Positions 1 through 10,735 of a DNA stretch of 64,000 nucleotides are shown here, piece by piece (position 1 is the stretch's first letter; every line of letters starts with the position of its first letter). The position numbers were made by a program, and so were the translations under genes. This DNA is from an uncultured Lachnospiraceae bacterium (GTDB lineage Bacteria > Bacillota > Clostridia > Lachnospirales > Lachnospiraceae): the NCBI GenBank assembly GCA_949472775.1, contig CASWVG010000010.1, positions 4,185-68,184 on the forward strand. Reading direction: 5' to 3'. The notes under the pieces are model-generated. The model had not been told where the DNA came from, did not search any database, and worked only from the letters and a program-made list of their open reading frames with translations.

Positions 1-841
1 GCAGCCTGCCGTTATCGTCCGTGAAACCGTCGATGCAGAAGCTCCCCATTCTCTTTCCCAGCTCCGCGCTGTCCTGCGCGGAACGCAGATCTATACTGCG
101 GGTAATCCGTCCCGCGGATACATCCACAGTGGATACGCCAAACCGTAGTCCGGTCTTCGGCTCCTCGATCATGATCTGGTACACTTCCCCGTGGAACAGT
201 GCCAGAAGCAGGTTGTCCGCGATCGTCTCCATGCGCAGAATCGGAAGCGGTGTGCCATCATCCATAAGATCCTTCGGCGCACCTGTCCTGTCATAACCGT
301 ACAGGTGCAGTCCTTTCTTTTCACCCACAAGCCGGGAACGCAAGAGAAAACCGCTCACCAGCCGGTAGTCCTCCGGCACACCGCCGGCCGCCTCCCTCTT
401 TAATACATGTTCTTTGTGATTCGCATGCATCCGCCTTATTCTGGGCATATCCGCATAATGTCTGTTCTCGCCCGCCCTCTTTAGCGTTGTCTTGTCCCAC
501 ACAGCATCCCTCGCACACACCCTCCCGATGGAAAACGCACCGTCCAGAAGCGCGTCCGTCCAGTTGATATCCAGATGGAAAAAACGGATACACTCCTTAG
601 GCAGATCCGATGCTTCCGTCAGCAGATAGGTGAGCGGAACCCCCTTCAGCAGACGCAGCTCATCGGCATACTCTTTAAGACTGTCCGGCATGTTTATCGG
701 GATATAGCGATTTGCTGTTATTCTGCTCCTGTCCCCGCCGTCGATTATACCGGCTGCCTTAAAATCTCTCTCACCACTGTCGCGGCATCCTGCCATTAAT
801 TGCTCCTCTGCCGCCTGTTCTGCCACAATTCTACGTTTCAT
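1..841 (-). CDS. Conserved hypothetical partner of the DUF6603 cluster (runs off the left edge; not in the ORF track)
   Basis: Manual translation from ATG at 841 (GGAGG upstream) is open to position 1: ...LRLLKGVPLTYLL...LPKECIRFFHLDINWTDALLDGAFSIG...SGFLLRSRLV...LRMETIADNLLLALFHG...EEPKTGLRFG. I recognise these motifs from proteins found next to DUF6603 genes. Confidence 0.75.
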   Translation of the reverse strand, partial: MKRRIVAEQAAEEQLMAGCRDSGERDFKAAGIIDGGDRSRITANRYIPINMPDSLKEYADELRLLKGVPLTYLLTEASDLPKECIRFFHLDINWTDALLDGAFSIGRVCARDAVWDKTTLKRAGENRHYADMPRIRRMHANHKEHVLKREAAGGVPEDYRLVSGFLLRSRLVGEKKGLHLYGYDRTGAPKDLMDDGTPLPILRMETIADNLLLALFHGEVYQIMIEEPKTGLRFGVSTVDVSAGRITRSIDLRSAQDSAELGKRMGSFCIDGFTDDNGRL

Positions 842-923
842 AGCGCTGCCACATCCTCCCGATTCCTTATGACTATCTTTATATCAGTTCCCGCTTCGCA
901 AAAGTTATGTAAACTTATTCCGC

Positions 924-2132
924 TCACAACGTCCCATCGCCCTCCGACAGTTTTTCGCATATCTCACACAGCTCTGTCACCGACACACCAATCGCCTGAT
1001 CAAGCATGCGAAGATGTTCGCTCAGAGCCTGCTCCTTCCTCCACGCCACGATCTTCTCCGCCTCCGTTCGCCTGCTTAAACTGATCATTCTGCCCAGATT
1101 AAAGGCCGCGGAATAACTGATATCCAGAATCCCGTTCTGTGCGTCATAGATCAGCCTGCCGTCTGCGGTATATCTCTCTTCTCCGCCCAGATTATCATAC
1201 CGTTCGGCGTGATATGGTATAAGCGGCGAATGATACCGGGAATATGTCTTTTCGCCGGTCCGCAGATAATGTAGTTTTAAAGACTGGTCTTTCACGACAC
1301 GGGAATCCCTGGCGATTCCGTCCATCAGTGCAACAAAAGACTGATCCTGCGTCTTCTCAGAATAAACGCTCCAGTGATAAAGCGAAATAAACCGTACCCT
1401 GTCACAGTCAGCCGGTATATTCCCGTCCAGATAACCGTCAACAGCGATCAGATGCACCGTACTTTTCACACATCTTCCTTCATAAGAAGGCACAAACCGG
1501 TTGGCTATGACAGTAGAAAACCACCCGTCCCGCTCCGCGACAGGATCCTCCGCAGCCGACAGATCCACGAATTTTACATGGGTCAGCCATGGCAGATCTG
1601 CTGCCTCCGGCATTATATTCTGATAAGTCTGCTTCGGCACCGTAAGGATATGTATATTGTCATCGTCCCGGCAAAACGTCACTTCTCCTTCTTTTGGTGG
1701 GAAAAATACGCCCCGTTCTTTTAAAGCCGGCAGCTCCGAATTCTTCACATCCGTCTCCTCCGCTCCCTCCTCCCCGGATACCACAATCAGGGCCAGCCAC
1801 GGAACCGGCCAGCCATCGATATCATCCCGCCAGTGACGAATCCATGGATATACCTGATCACTCAGTACGAGAAAAGGCAGTGTGCCCGCGAAATCTCCCT
1901 GCTGCTCCGGTGACGGATATACGCTGAACACGTCCTGATCCGCCAGTGTTCTCATATTTGCCGCAACGCAGATCTCTTTTTGTATCTGAAAGGCATCCGG
2001 CACCGGCAGCGTGACGGTCTGCTTGCCGGTGATGTTATATCTGCCTTCCTCGATAGCCGGTTTCATATAATCGGCCAGTTTAAAATCCTGATCTTGAAAA
2101 TTCATAGTAACCTCCGAGTACCCAGTTCCCAA
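924..2132 (-). CDS. Conserved hypothetical partner of the DUF6603 cluster
   Basis: 402-aa ORF with DVFSVYP...LPFLVL...PWLALIV, VIANRF, RFISLYHW, TGEKTYSRYHSPL and DISYSAAFNLGR motifs. It starts 15 bp after the stop of the giant gene. Confidence 0.75.
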   Translation of the reverse strand: MGTGYSEVTMNFQDQDFKLADYMKPAIEEGRYNITGKQTVTLPVPDAFQIQKEICVAANMRTLADQDVFSVYPSPEQQGDFAGTLPFLVLSDQVYPWIRHWRDDIDGWPVPWLALIVVSGEEGAEETDVKNSELPALKERGVFFPPKEGEVTFCRDDDNIHILTVPKQTYQNIMPEAADLPWLTHVKFVDLSAAEDPVAERDGWFSTVIANRFVPSYEGRCVKSTVHLIAVDGYLDGNIPADCDRVRFISLYHWSVYSEKTQDQSFVALMDGIARDSRVVKDQSLKLHYLRTGEKTYSRYHSPLIPYHAERYDNLGGEERYTADGRLIYDAQNGILDISYSAAFNLGRMISLSRRTEAEKIVAWRKEQALSEHLRMLDQAIGVSVTELCEICEKLSEGDGTL

Positions 2133-2147
2133 ACCAATCGTTCTCCT

Positions 2148-5100
2148 TTATGTTCTGATCAACAGTTCCTCTGCCAACCAGTTCTCAGCCTCCTTTGCAA
2201 ACCGTGCAAACGACACCTGCTCTGTTATACCGTTGTCAGCCAGATATTTCTGCCGCCTCTCTCTTGTCTCCTCGCTGTCCGCGCTCTGGGAAAACCTGCG
2301 GATCGAATCTTCATCGGACAGCTGCAGGCACTGTTCCGGAACAAACCGGAAACAATCCTTATACGCAAGCGTATTATTCCGGTATAGTTCTTCCAGTGAG
2401 ATAAAACGGGTTTGGGGAAAAAGCTCCTGTTTCTTCACCTCGCTTAGCAATATGTAGGACACTCCGCACCGGGCATCCTTTATCATGCTCTCTTCCCGCA
2501 GCCTGTCCTGCGGCGCAGGCGCGCCCTTCCATAAAGCCGACGGCATATTCCTAACCACACTGTCCTGCCGGAATCTGTCATTTATTGTTCTTCCCTGCCC
2601 GTCTTCCACGGTAAGCACTATCGACGACTTGAGCTCTGCGCTATTGACCGGCCGTACCTTTCCCTGTTCCGGTATTTTGGAAACCAGCGTGATTCCAAAT
2701 CCGTTGGGATCGATAATTTCCGTTCCATCGGGCGCCTGCCCGCGGACGCCCGTTACTATGACCGCAAGGATATCCGTATCCCCGGCAGGCGTCCTTTTGC
2801 AATCTGATGTATTATGTCCGTTCAGTATTCCCTGACTGTCAGGCCCTTTACTGCCATTCTCTATGCCTGTCCTCATTCTTCGGCTCTGTCCGCTATCCTG
2901 CAGGAATGATTCCTTGAATGCCTTCCAGTCCAGCGTTTCCCCTGAATGGTCCGCTCCCTTGGAGAAAGAAATCGTGAAGGAAATGATGAACCATGTGATA
3001 TGCAGCCGTCCCTGCACCTCCGGCCCCCAGAGGGCAAGATCTGCCGCCAGCTCAATGGAAAAGGTCTTATGGATAAACCATATGTCAACACGATAGGAAG
3101 CACCCAGAGACACCCCGATCCTTGCCTGGTAATAAAAAGGTTTCCACGACACGATAAAATCCGCATAGGCAATAAACCACGCGCGCAGTTTACCCTGCGT
3201 ATAGACCGCGCTCAGCTTACCGCCTGCCATAACCGCGCTGGGTGTAAGCGCAAAATAAATCTCACCGGATATATTGATATTGGAGTTCACATTCCAGTTT
3301 AATCCCAGCCGCGGCACATCCGGATAGTGCGCAGGCTTCTTATATGCCGGATGGTATCCGCCCAGCGTGATCACAAAGTCTCCGCTGTGCTCACTGCCGT
3401 CAAACCAGAAAAACGCCGCAAATCCGCCCGTCAGTTTACAATCCCGGGACAGGATAAAAGATTCGGAAGTAAGCCGCGCCTCCGCGCAAAACACCCCGAC
3501 CGACGGATCATATTCCGCTCTTATGGCTAACTGTGCCTTTGCCACAGGATTGGCCGACGTTTTAGGAGGCATTGCTATATCCGCAATTCCGAGTACGCCG
3601 ATCTGGAATTTCTTCCCAAAGGAAACTGACAGAAGCAGAAAACCATCCACAATTTGAAACGAAGTAAACCTTACGCCCGCCGCCAGGAAATTCTGCCTGT
3701 TCTCCTCCGTGATATATCTGTTCATCTCCTCCAGTGTCTGCGCGTCAAATCCCTTCTTCACCGCTTTAACCAGCGGATACGCCGGCACCTGCTCTACGGA
3801 CGGCAGAGCCAGTCTTCTGTTATATCCGAAACCCAGCGCGAGCCCGGTCACAAAGAACGCCGGTGGCCCTCCGATGGATGCCGAGAGCGCCATATAAGCA
3901 AACAGCGATCCGGAAGAATACTCTCCCACTGCCGTTACCGTAACTGTCTTACACTTCACCAGAAGGGAACCGGCGTAAGCCTCCTTCCCCTCTCCGCGCT
4001 TTCTGGAAAAGCTTCCGCTGATCGCCAATACGCCGTTATCAAACGACACTCCGAAACATGACAGATAGAATGCCACATCCGACAGTCTGGAAACATTGAT
4101 TCCCACTCCTGCCTCCGCCAGACTGAAGGTAAACGGCGAAACTGTCAGAGATGCATCTAAAAGCAGCACCACCCTGCTTCCGTCCAGACCAATTCCGGCC
4201 TTGGCAATCGTCAGGATGGCAAATGTCTTGTTCAGGTTGATCCACTTTACCGTTTCCGGCACAAAGTTCCCTGTGGTTCTTGCAGACCGTCCCTCCATAC
4301 TGCCCTGAAATTCTTTGGCCGGATATTCTGATTTACCGCTTTGACCCGGCATATCATATTGCAGCGCATCTTCGCCCAACATGACGGAATGATCCGAAGC
4401 CGGCTTACTGAGTTCCAACGTACATGCGCTGCCGAACGCCGTACACCGGAATATCACACCCTCTTTTGATGAAGCTGACAGCGCAAAGTCCTTTACTGAC
4501 AGCCCGGTGGTTCCTGGCGCTGCCTTCTGTACCAGTTCTCCCACTAAGGGCATCTGCAGCATATCCACGGAAACCTTCGGATCCGCCTCATAGCTGATGC
4601 GCCATCCCGCCTGCTCTCCCGCATTTATTTCCGCGGAGATTTTCCCGGCGCTTGTGGTTACACACAGCGTAAAGCTTTTTGTGGTAAATTTGTATTTTAC
4701 TTCCAGATTCGTAACGGCAAACTCCGATATAAAATCAGGAAGGCGCTCCCCATCCATTCCGAACTCTTTGGCAATTCTGCCAAACGTCAGATTTTTAAAC
4801 ACCGCCCCGCCGGACAGTATAAATCCTTCCTGTCCCTTTGACACGGTAAGCCCTACTTCCGTTCCGCATATATGGATACGGGCAATCACCTGAAATGCCA
4901 CTGGTACTTCCTGTTCGGACGAAATCTCAAGCGCAATCTCCCTAATGGCAAAATCTTCTGAGATCACCAACACATTTTCCAGATCAACATAGCCATGAAA
5001 CGTTTTCTTGTCTGACTCATAGGAAGCCGAAAGCATACGTATATTCACGCCAAGCAATGTATCCGGCACCGAATCCCTGTCAAAAACCTGTCCGAGCTCC

Positions 5101-8100
5101 AATGCGGCCTGCACAATAAATTCCCCTAAGCTGTAATCTTCCTCCGAATAGGCCATCGCCTCAAAGGTAAGTCCGGTTTCCGCACCATAGCTGCCGTTCA
5201 ATACCAGCGGGACACCGCCAAGCACAAAAGATCCGCCAAGCTTAAGCGCACTGAACTTACCATCCAAAAAGTCAAGCGCAAGCGACAGCCCCTCAATGCC
5301 AAATTTTCCCTTCCCCACTCCAAATTCCAACACATGCTCCGCCGACAGGTATAGGGCATAATCGCCCGAAGCCACATCCGCTCTAAACTCCATACCCGTC
5401 AATTCCACGGGCGGGAAACTGACGCCTTCAGCAAACAGTCCTGCAATCTCTGCAAACTGTAGCGTGGAACCTTCCGCCAGACCCGCATAAATCGTCTTGT
5501 CCGAACGGTACATCATATCGAAAACCGTGCTTCCGATGTGCCATTTGCCAAGTACACTGTAATCAGCCTTTCTTCTCTCACTGTCAAAAGGATGTTCTAT
5601 CTTCATCTCGAAGTATGGCTGCAGCGTGATTTTATCGTCAAAAATATACCATGGCCTTTCCGCCGTCACCGTAAACCCGATCTGTGTGATCCCCTTCTCT
5701 GACCCGGTATCCACGATAATCGAGACACTTCGAAGCCCGAGAGAACCAAATATACCCTCCTCATCGGGCAACAGTTCTGAACCCCGAACCACTTCGTCAA
5801 GCCCGAAAAGAGACAGCAGCCTGGCAATTGTAAGAACTCTGCCCTCCTCATATTCCCCGCTGATATAAAGCATGTCACCGTCCGGCGATGCAACGAGTGT
5901 CAGTTCAAACTGTTCCGCAATCTCAGCCGTGATACGTATACACGGAAAACAGACTGCGGCATCCAACCCACTTTCTATGGCCACCCGCCGTACGGCAAGG
6001 GATAACTTATCTGTCACCCGGTATACGCATTCTACACTGATCTCACCTGCAAAATGCAGCCCGCACGAAGTCTCCGTGACCGTACAGAATATTTCCTCCG
6101 AATCCGCCAGCGGTACAATATCTTTGACACTTTTCCAGAACGCCGCATCTGTCCTGACCTCTGCCCTGTATGTAAATGCCTTCTCAGCCGGACTGCATTC
6201 CCGGATATCAGAAAAACATAGTGCCGCAAGAAAAGGTGATCTTATCATATCAATATAACATTCGGGCAGTTTAGGAAAATCGTCTGCGAACCGATAGCTC
6301 TTCCCGGACGCTGCGCAGGCGCATATCTTGTCGTAAAGAGGTCTGCGTACAGCATCTGACATTGACAATACGAAGTCTTCGCTCCTTATCAGTCGAAGCA
6401 GTTTCTGCTGCTCAAACACCTTAACATCTAATCTCTGGAAAATACGTATCTGCAGGCCATCGAGACCGGCTCCGCCCGCGCTTCCCGCAATGCTGCCATT
6501 GCTAAGCAGCCCGCTGACCGGCTTTGACCATCTGGGCACCCCATAATGCTGATCCGTCAACCTGCCCCGCAGCTCATCTATAATGTGATCCAGTGCGTCA
6601 ATCTTCGCAATTCCGCTTTCCCCCGGCTGCGTATCGTAATACTTCATCCGGACCTGCGCCATGATACGGACCGGATGCATGACACCAGTGTCGTTATAGA
6701 TTTCTCCGCTCAAATCAGGAAGCAATTGGAGCGTATCAAAAACTTCCCTGTACTCGAGCATCTTTGGCGTGCGCAGCGCCACCGCCTCGGCATTGATCTG
6801 TTTACATATATAATCCAGATTTTTATACGGATCCCTGATCTTCCACACAAGAGCAAGTGCCCCTTCAAATGTCTCTGCCAACGTGTGTATTGCACAGATC
6901 CGTTTATCATAATAGAGCCGCCAGAATGTAAACATCGTTGGAAGAATGACCAGGCTGATCGGCATCGGCATTTTCTCGAAAATAAAATAATCCGCATTCA
7001 AATACATGTGATAAAAATCCAACAGCCCTGCTGAATGCCCCGACGGACCTGCCCACAGCGGCATCAGACATTTTCTGTACCCTGCAGTCACCAGATGTAA
7101 TTCGTCCCGGGTCCAGTTCCATAAAAAAATGCTGGGTGGCTTATCCTTTATACTAGTCGGCCTCCTCTTCGGCAATGTAGGAATAAAATACCGATCCGGC
7201 GCATCCACAATCCCCCAGCGGCCCGTCTTTTCATCTACGATCTGTAAGGCATAGCGCTTTCCGTTAGGCGGCTTTTTAAATTTCCGTATAGCATTGATAA
7301 TCATGGCCCCGCGTATGACTGGCGGAAATGTACAGTATTCCTCCACACACTCGTTGATTATTCCAGCTGTTCCTTCATCCGCCGGCCTATCACAAGGTAT
7401 CGCACATCCACTCCCCAGATATGCGTTGAGCAGATATATAAATGCAATCCACTGCTCATTTTTCTCCAAGTCTGAAAGTTTGGGAAAATAGAAATAGATA
7501 TAATCCGTTACTTTAATCGGATTGCTATCGCAGTGTAAAAAAAGATTTTGCAGTTTTTGGTTAACTGCAATCTTTTCTTCTGAACGTTCAATCACAACAC
7601 ATTTGATAAACTCTTTTTGCGCCATCAGAAATTTGTCGGAATTACACAGTTCAAGCGCATAAATTTTCTCCAGCTTCCTGGTTGCATATGTAGTGATCTC
7701 CCCTATGACTGCCCTGGCCAGCTCCGTCATATCCTTACAGCACCGCACCTGATCACGGCTTGATTTTGCGATCCTGCGCAGACCGGCAGGACTGGCTGGC
7801 TCTAGTTCCGGGTCATATAGCAGACTTTCATCAATCAATTTTTTTATCGCTGTTTTTGTATGCGCAGCCATATAATCCTCGGGAAAAAAATCCCAGTTTT
7901 TCATATATTGGTCCCCGGATGTCTGTGGTCTGATTCCGGAGCTGACCACCACATTACCGATCATCGGATGTGCCCACTGCGCAAACACATCACCGATGAT
8001 ATGATAAGCAGGATCATTCGGTTTATTCCATAAATCCCAAATATCAATCCCATACTGCTGCAGAAACTGATTGCCCATTTCTTTACAGACAGTCTCATCC

Positions 8101-8342
8101 CTTATGGCCGCATCATATACAGCCTGTTTTAGTATATCAATATGGGTTATTTGAACGGTTGTCCCGTCTTTGAGCTTATAGTCCGCCTCGTCCCACGATA
8201 TAAACCAGACATTCAGTTCCGACCCTATAGCAGACTGCCCCATAGGATAATGCAAAGGAATCAGGTATCGACCCAATGTTGCTATTTCCGTCTTTTTGAT
8301 TATGAAAAGTATCATTGTAAAATCCCCGCTTTTTTTTAACAA
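2148..8342 (-). CDS. Giant DUF6603-domain protein with an unrelated ~600-aa N-terminal module
   Basis: 2064-aa ORF. The C-terminal IGGPPAFFVTGLALGFGYNRRL, GDFVITLGGYHPAY and YFALTPSAVMAGG motifs are DUF6603-like, and the middle is beta-rich. Start codon uncertain (TTG at 8342). Confidence 0.75.
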   Translation of the reverse strand: MLKKSGDFTMILFIIKKTEIATLGRYLIPLHYPMGQSAIGSELNVWFISWDEADYKLKDGTTVQITHIDILKQAVYDAAIRDETVCKEMGNQFLQQYGIDIWDLWNKPNDPAYHIIGDVFAQWAHPMIGNVVVSSGIRPQTSGDQYMKNWDFFPEDYMAAHTKTAIKKLIDESLLYDPELEPASPAGLRRIAKSSRDQVRCCKDMTELARAVIGEITTYATRKLEKIYALELCNSDKFLMAQKEFIKCVVIERSEEKIAVNQKLQNLFLHCDSNPIKVTDYIYFYFPKLSDLEKNEQWIAFIYLLNAYLGSGCAIPCDRPADEGTAGIINECVEEYCTFPPVIRGAMIINAIRKFKKPPNGKRYALQIVDEKTGRWGIVDAPDRYFIPTLPKRRPTSIKDKPPSIFLWNWTRDELHLVTAGYRKCLMPLWAGPSGHSAGLLDFYHMYLNADYFIFEKMPMPISLVILPTMFTFWRLYYDKRICAIHTLAETFEGALALVWKIRDPYKNLDYICKQINAEAVALRTPKMLEYREVFDTLQLLPDLSGEIYNDTGVMHPVRIMAQVRMKYYDTQPGESGIAKIDALDHIIDELRGRLTDQHYGVPRWSKPVSGLLSNGSIAGSAGGAGLDGLQIRIFQRLDVKVFEQQKLLRLIRSEDFVLSMSDAVRRPLYDKICACAASGKSYRFADDFPKLPECYIDMIRSPFLAALCFSDIRECSPAEKAFTYRAEVRTDAAFWKSVKDIVPLADSEEIFCTVTETSCGLHFAGEISVECVYRVTDKLSLAVRRVAIESGLDAAVCFPCIRITAEIAEQFELTLVASPDGDMLYISGEYEEGRVLTIARLLSLFGLDEVVRGSELLPDEEGIFGSLGLRSVSIIVDTGSEKGITQIGFTVTAERPWYIFDDKITLQPYFEMKIEHPFDSERRKADYSVLGKWHIGSTVFDMMYRSDKTIYAGLAEGSTLQFAEIAGLFAEGVSFPPVELTGMEFRADVASGDYALYLSAEHVLEFGVGKGKFGIEGLSLALDFLDGKFSALKLGGSFVLGGVPLVLNGSYGAETGLTFEAMAYSEEDYSLGEFIVQAALELGQVFDRDSVPDTLLGVNIRMLSASYESDKKTFHGYVDLENVLVISEDFAIREIALEISSEQEVPVAFQVIARIHICGTEVGLTVSKGQEGFILSGGAVFKNLTFGRIAKEFGMDGERLPDFISEFAVTNLEVKYKFTTKSFTLCVTTSAGKISAEINAGEQAGWRISYEADPKVSVDMLQMPLVGELVQKAAPGTTGLSVKDFALSASSKEGVIFRCTAFGSACTLELSKPASDHSVMLGEDALQYDMPGQSGKSEYPAKEFQGSMEGRSARTTGNFVPETVKWINLNKTFAILTIAKAGIGLDGSRVVLLLDASLTVSPFTFSLAEAGVGINVSRLSDVAFYLSCFGVSFDNGVLAISGSFSRKRGEGKEAYAGSLLVKCKTVTVTAVGEYSSGSLFAYMALSASIGGPPAFFVTGLALGFGYNRRLALPSVEQVPAYPLVKAVKKGFDAQTLEEMNRYITEENRQNFLAAGVRFTSFQIVDGFLLLSVSFGKKFQIGVLGIADIAMPPKTSANPVAKAQLAIRAEYDPSVGVFCAEARLTSESFILSRDCKLTGGFAAFFWFDGSEHSGDFVITLGGYHPAYKKPAHYPDVPRLGLNWNVNSNINISGEIYFALTPSAVMAGGKLSAVYTQGKLRAWFIAYADFIVSWKPFYYQARIGVSLGASYRVDIWFIHKTFSIELAADLALWGPEVQGRLHITWFIISFTISFSKGADHSGETLDWKAFKESFLQDSGQSRRMRTGIENGSKGPDSQGILNGHNTSDCKRTPAGDTDILAVIVTGVRGQAPDGTEIIDPNGFGITLVSKIPEQGKVRPVNSAELKSSIVLTVEDGQGRTINDRFRQDSVVRNMPSALWKGAPAPQDRLREESMIKDARCGVSYILLSEVKKQELFPQTRFISLEELYRNNTLAYKDCFRFVPEQCLQLSDEDSIRRFSQSADSEETRERRQKYLADNGITEQVSFARFAKEAENWLAEELLIRT

Positions 8343-8442
8343 CCAATTATATAAATAGTATATTACACACTTATGGTACTTTCAATATAATTGTATGAAT
8401 ATTCAAACATTTATTTTTTATTTGTAAAATTGTCAAAAAATT

Positions 8443-8467
8443 AAGGAGACCATTTTGCAGTCTCCTT
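8443..8467 (-). terminator. Probable intrinsic terminator after the lipoprotein gene
   Basis: Hairpin aaggagac-N9-gtctcctt next to an A-rich tract on the + strand (U tail on the - strand). Confidence 0.55.
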
Positions 8468-8513
8468 GTTAAACATCATGAAATAATTATTCTTTTATAG
8501 ATCAACAATAATT

Positions 8514-9008
8514 TTACAGCTTCTGAAACGCGCTGCTCATTGCCGATGCCGTTTGCTTGTCACACATAATGAAGAAGATCACATCGCCCCGGCTCTCGAT
8601 CAGCATGGTCTCCGCACTGACACATACCCACTTATCCAGATCGGCATTGTCTTTTAATGCCTGCTTCGCACTCTCCACATCCGCCTCATCCACACGCAGG
8701 AGCACACACTGATAAGCCGTGGACGACATCATCGGCATGGACGCAACGCCCTCCGTGTAAGTAATCTGGTCTGTCCCCAAGACGGATACTTCCAGATCAT
8801 CTGTCAATTCTATCGTCTCATAACTGTCCAGATTATCTCTGAAATCCTGTACAAGATCCGCATTCGCATAAAGGGATGCCATCATATCCTGCAAAGATCC
8901 TTCCAGCTTCTCCGAGTCCGCTTTGCCGCCTCCGCAGGCACTGCACATCACACCCGTAAGTAAAATCAAAAATCCTGCCACTAATATCGTTGTCTTTCCG
9001 CTTCTCAT
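8514..9008 (-). CDS. Putative lipoprotein
   Basis: Basic N-terminus, hydrophobic stretch, lipobox-like CSAC; 164 aa. Confidence 0.75.
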   Translation of the reverse strand: MRSGKTTILVAGFLILLTGVMCSACGGGKADSEKLEGSLQDMMASLYANADLVQDFRDNLDSYETIELTDDLEVSVLGTDQITYTEGVASMPMMSSTAYQCVLLRVDEADVESAKQALKDNADLDKWVCVSAETMLIESRGDVIFFIMCDKQTASAMSSAFQKL

Positions 9009-9118
9009 AATCGTTACGTTACCTCTTTCCTTTTATTATTCTTCGTTCTCAGAACATAACTCGCTTTGATCAATACTTCTTATTTTCCCGCCTTTTAACA
9101 GGATTATCCGCACGTTTC

Positions 9119-9712
9119 TCAGCTCCCCTTCTTATCCGAAAGAAGCGGCTTGATCGTCTTATAAATCTTACTTGCCCTCTTGTTATTCGCACTGGGGTAT
9201 TTCTTCATCAGCGCGTTGCTGATCCCCTGCTTTGTCTTATACTGCTGGACGATCTTTAAAACCGCGTCTACGCTTACGTCCTTATCCTCCTTGAGAATCT
9301 CCTGCAGTTTTTCTGACAGTCTCTCCCGCAGTTCCTGGGTATCATGGTCGTGGCTGCGCCCTGTGATGTCGGCAATCAGTGTTACCGAAACATTTCTGCT
9401 CTTCCAATAGCCGCTCAGGATCTCAAATCCTTTGTCTTTGCTTACAATATAGTATGTGTCAGCCGACTTATTCGCAATCAGATATCCGAGCTGTGTGGCA
9501 AGTTGGAAATCCAGTGCGTTTTTGCTCCCCACATCCACTTTACAGAAATCAATTTCCGCCTTGGATTCCATAATCCTTCTGTGCTGGTCAAAGGTAATGC
9601 TGTCCGCGTTCTTGCTGTAAAAAATGCACACCATATCCCCTTCCCCCAGCTTGTGTATGCCGTCCAGTCCGTCTTTTTTTACATTCTCAAAATCTACTAA
9701 ATAATAACTCAT
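9119..9712 (-). CDS. PIN-like domain protein
   Basis: YLVDFENV, GSKNALDFQL and IVSKDKGF motifs of the PIN/NYN-like fold. Confidence 0.8.
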   Translation of the reverse strand: MSYYLVDFENVKKDGLDGIHKLGEGDMVCIFYSKNADSITFDQHRRIMESKAEIDFCKVDVGSKNALDFQLATQLGYLIANKSADTYYIVSKDKGFEILSGYWKSRNVSVTLIADITGRSHDHDTQELRERLSEKLQEILKEDKDVSVDAVLKIVQQYKTKQGISNALMKKYPSANNKRASKIYKTIKPLLSDKKGS

Positions 9713-9733
9713 CGTTTTCCTTTCTCAGTTTTC

Positions 9734-10594
9734 TTATACCAGCGATGCCTCTCCCAGCTTCACTTTGAAGAAGCTGATAATCCGCTGCCAGAGTTCCTCC
9801 TGGAAGAACTGCATGTCCGCGTGATCCGCTCCCTCCAAAACGAGAAGTTTCACGTCAGCTCCCGCCGCCTCCAGTTTATCATGCAAAACCTCTCCCTGCT
9901 CGAAGGGAACCGTGTGGTCATCGTCACCGTGTATGATGAAAAACGGCGGTGCATCCTTCGTCACATAGGAAATCGGGCAGATCTTTAATGCCTCCTCCTT
10001 ATGCAGCGCCACATTTTTTCCAAGCAGCAGAGATTCCATGGACGCGGCTGCCTCCACCGGCGAAGGATAGGGAAAACCCGTCACATCCGTGGGCGGATAC
10101 CATGGACATGCCGCCTGCACCTTACTGGAATACTCCGTAAACGCGCCTACGTCATAGGCTTCGTCATCCACCAATGCCGCCATTGCCGCCAGATAACCGC
10201 CAGCCGACTCTCCCATCACACCGAACCGTTCCGTGTCAATATGATAGCGTTCGCTCAATGCTCTCAGATAGCGGATTCCCGCCTTTACGTCTGTAAGCTG
10301 ATCCGGGAAATTCCCCTCATTAGATGTGCGGTATTCCACACTTGCCACCACAAAACCGCTTCTCGCAAGCTCTGACAGATACGCCAGATGCGCGGAACGA
10401 TCCATACGCAGCCACGCGCCGCCGCAGATCCATACCACGCATGGATATTTCTTAGTCGCATCCTCCGGATAAATAATATCCATTTTCAAATCCCTTCTCG
10501 TATGTCCGAACCAGGCATCCACCTGTGCGAATGTCACACCCGTCACAGCCGAATACTGCGGCGCTGTCACATTGACTTTCCATTTTTCTCTCAT
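9734..10594 (-). CDS. Alpha/beta hydrolase (esterase/lipase)
   Basis: CGGAW oxyanion loop, GESAG nucleophile elbow, HGDDD and GADH catalytic motifs. Confidence 0.9.
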   Translation of the reverse strand: MREKWKVNVTAPQYSAVTGVTFAQVDAWFGHTRRDLKMDIIYPEDATKKYPCVVWICGGAWLRMDRSAHLAYLSELARSGFVVASVEYRTSNEGNFPDQLTDVKAGIRYLRALSERYHIDTERFGVMGESAGGYLAAMAALVDDEAYDVGAFTEYSSKVQAACPWYPPTDVTGFPYPSPVEAAASMESLLLGKNVALHKEEALKICPISYVTKDAPPFFIIHGDDDHTVPFEQGEVLHDKLEAAGADVKLLVLEGADHADMQFFQEELWQRIISFFKVKLGEASLV

Positions 10595-10735
10595 GGCAGT
10601 TATTCCTTCTTTCTCTCTTTCTTTCCTTTCTTTTCATACGGAGAATGCCCGTATTTCAGGCTTTCTCCTATGTGAGACTTAGTAATTCTTAACGAAGCAG
10701 CCTCTGCTGCTGAGTTTTTAGAATTACTTCTCACA

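Noticed and set aside
321-593. 90-aa minus-strand ORF in the track
   Set aside because: Out-of-frame overlap of the real CDS that starts at 841.
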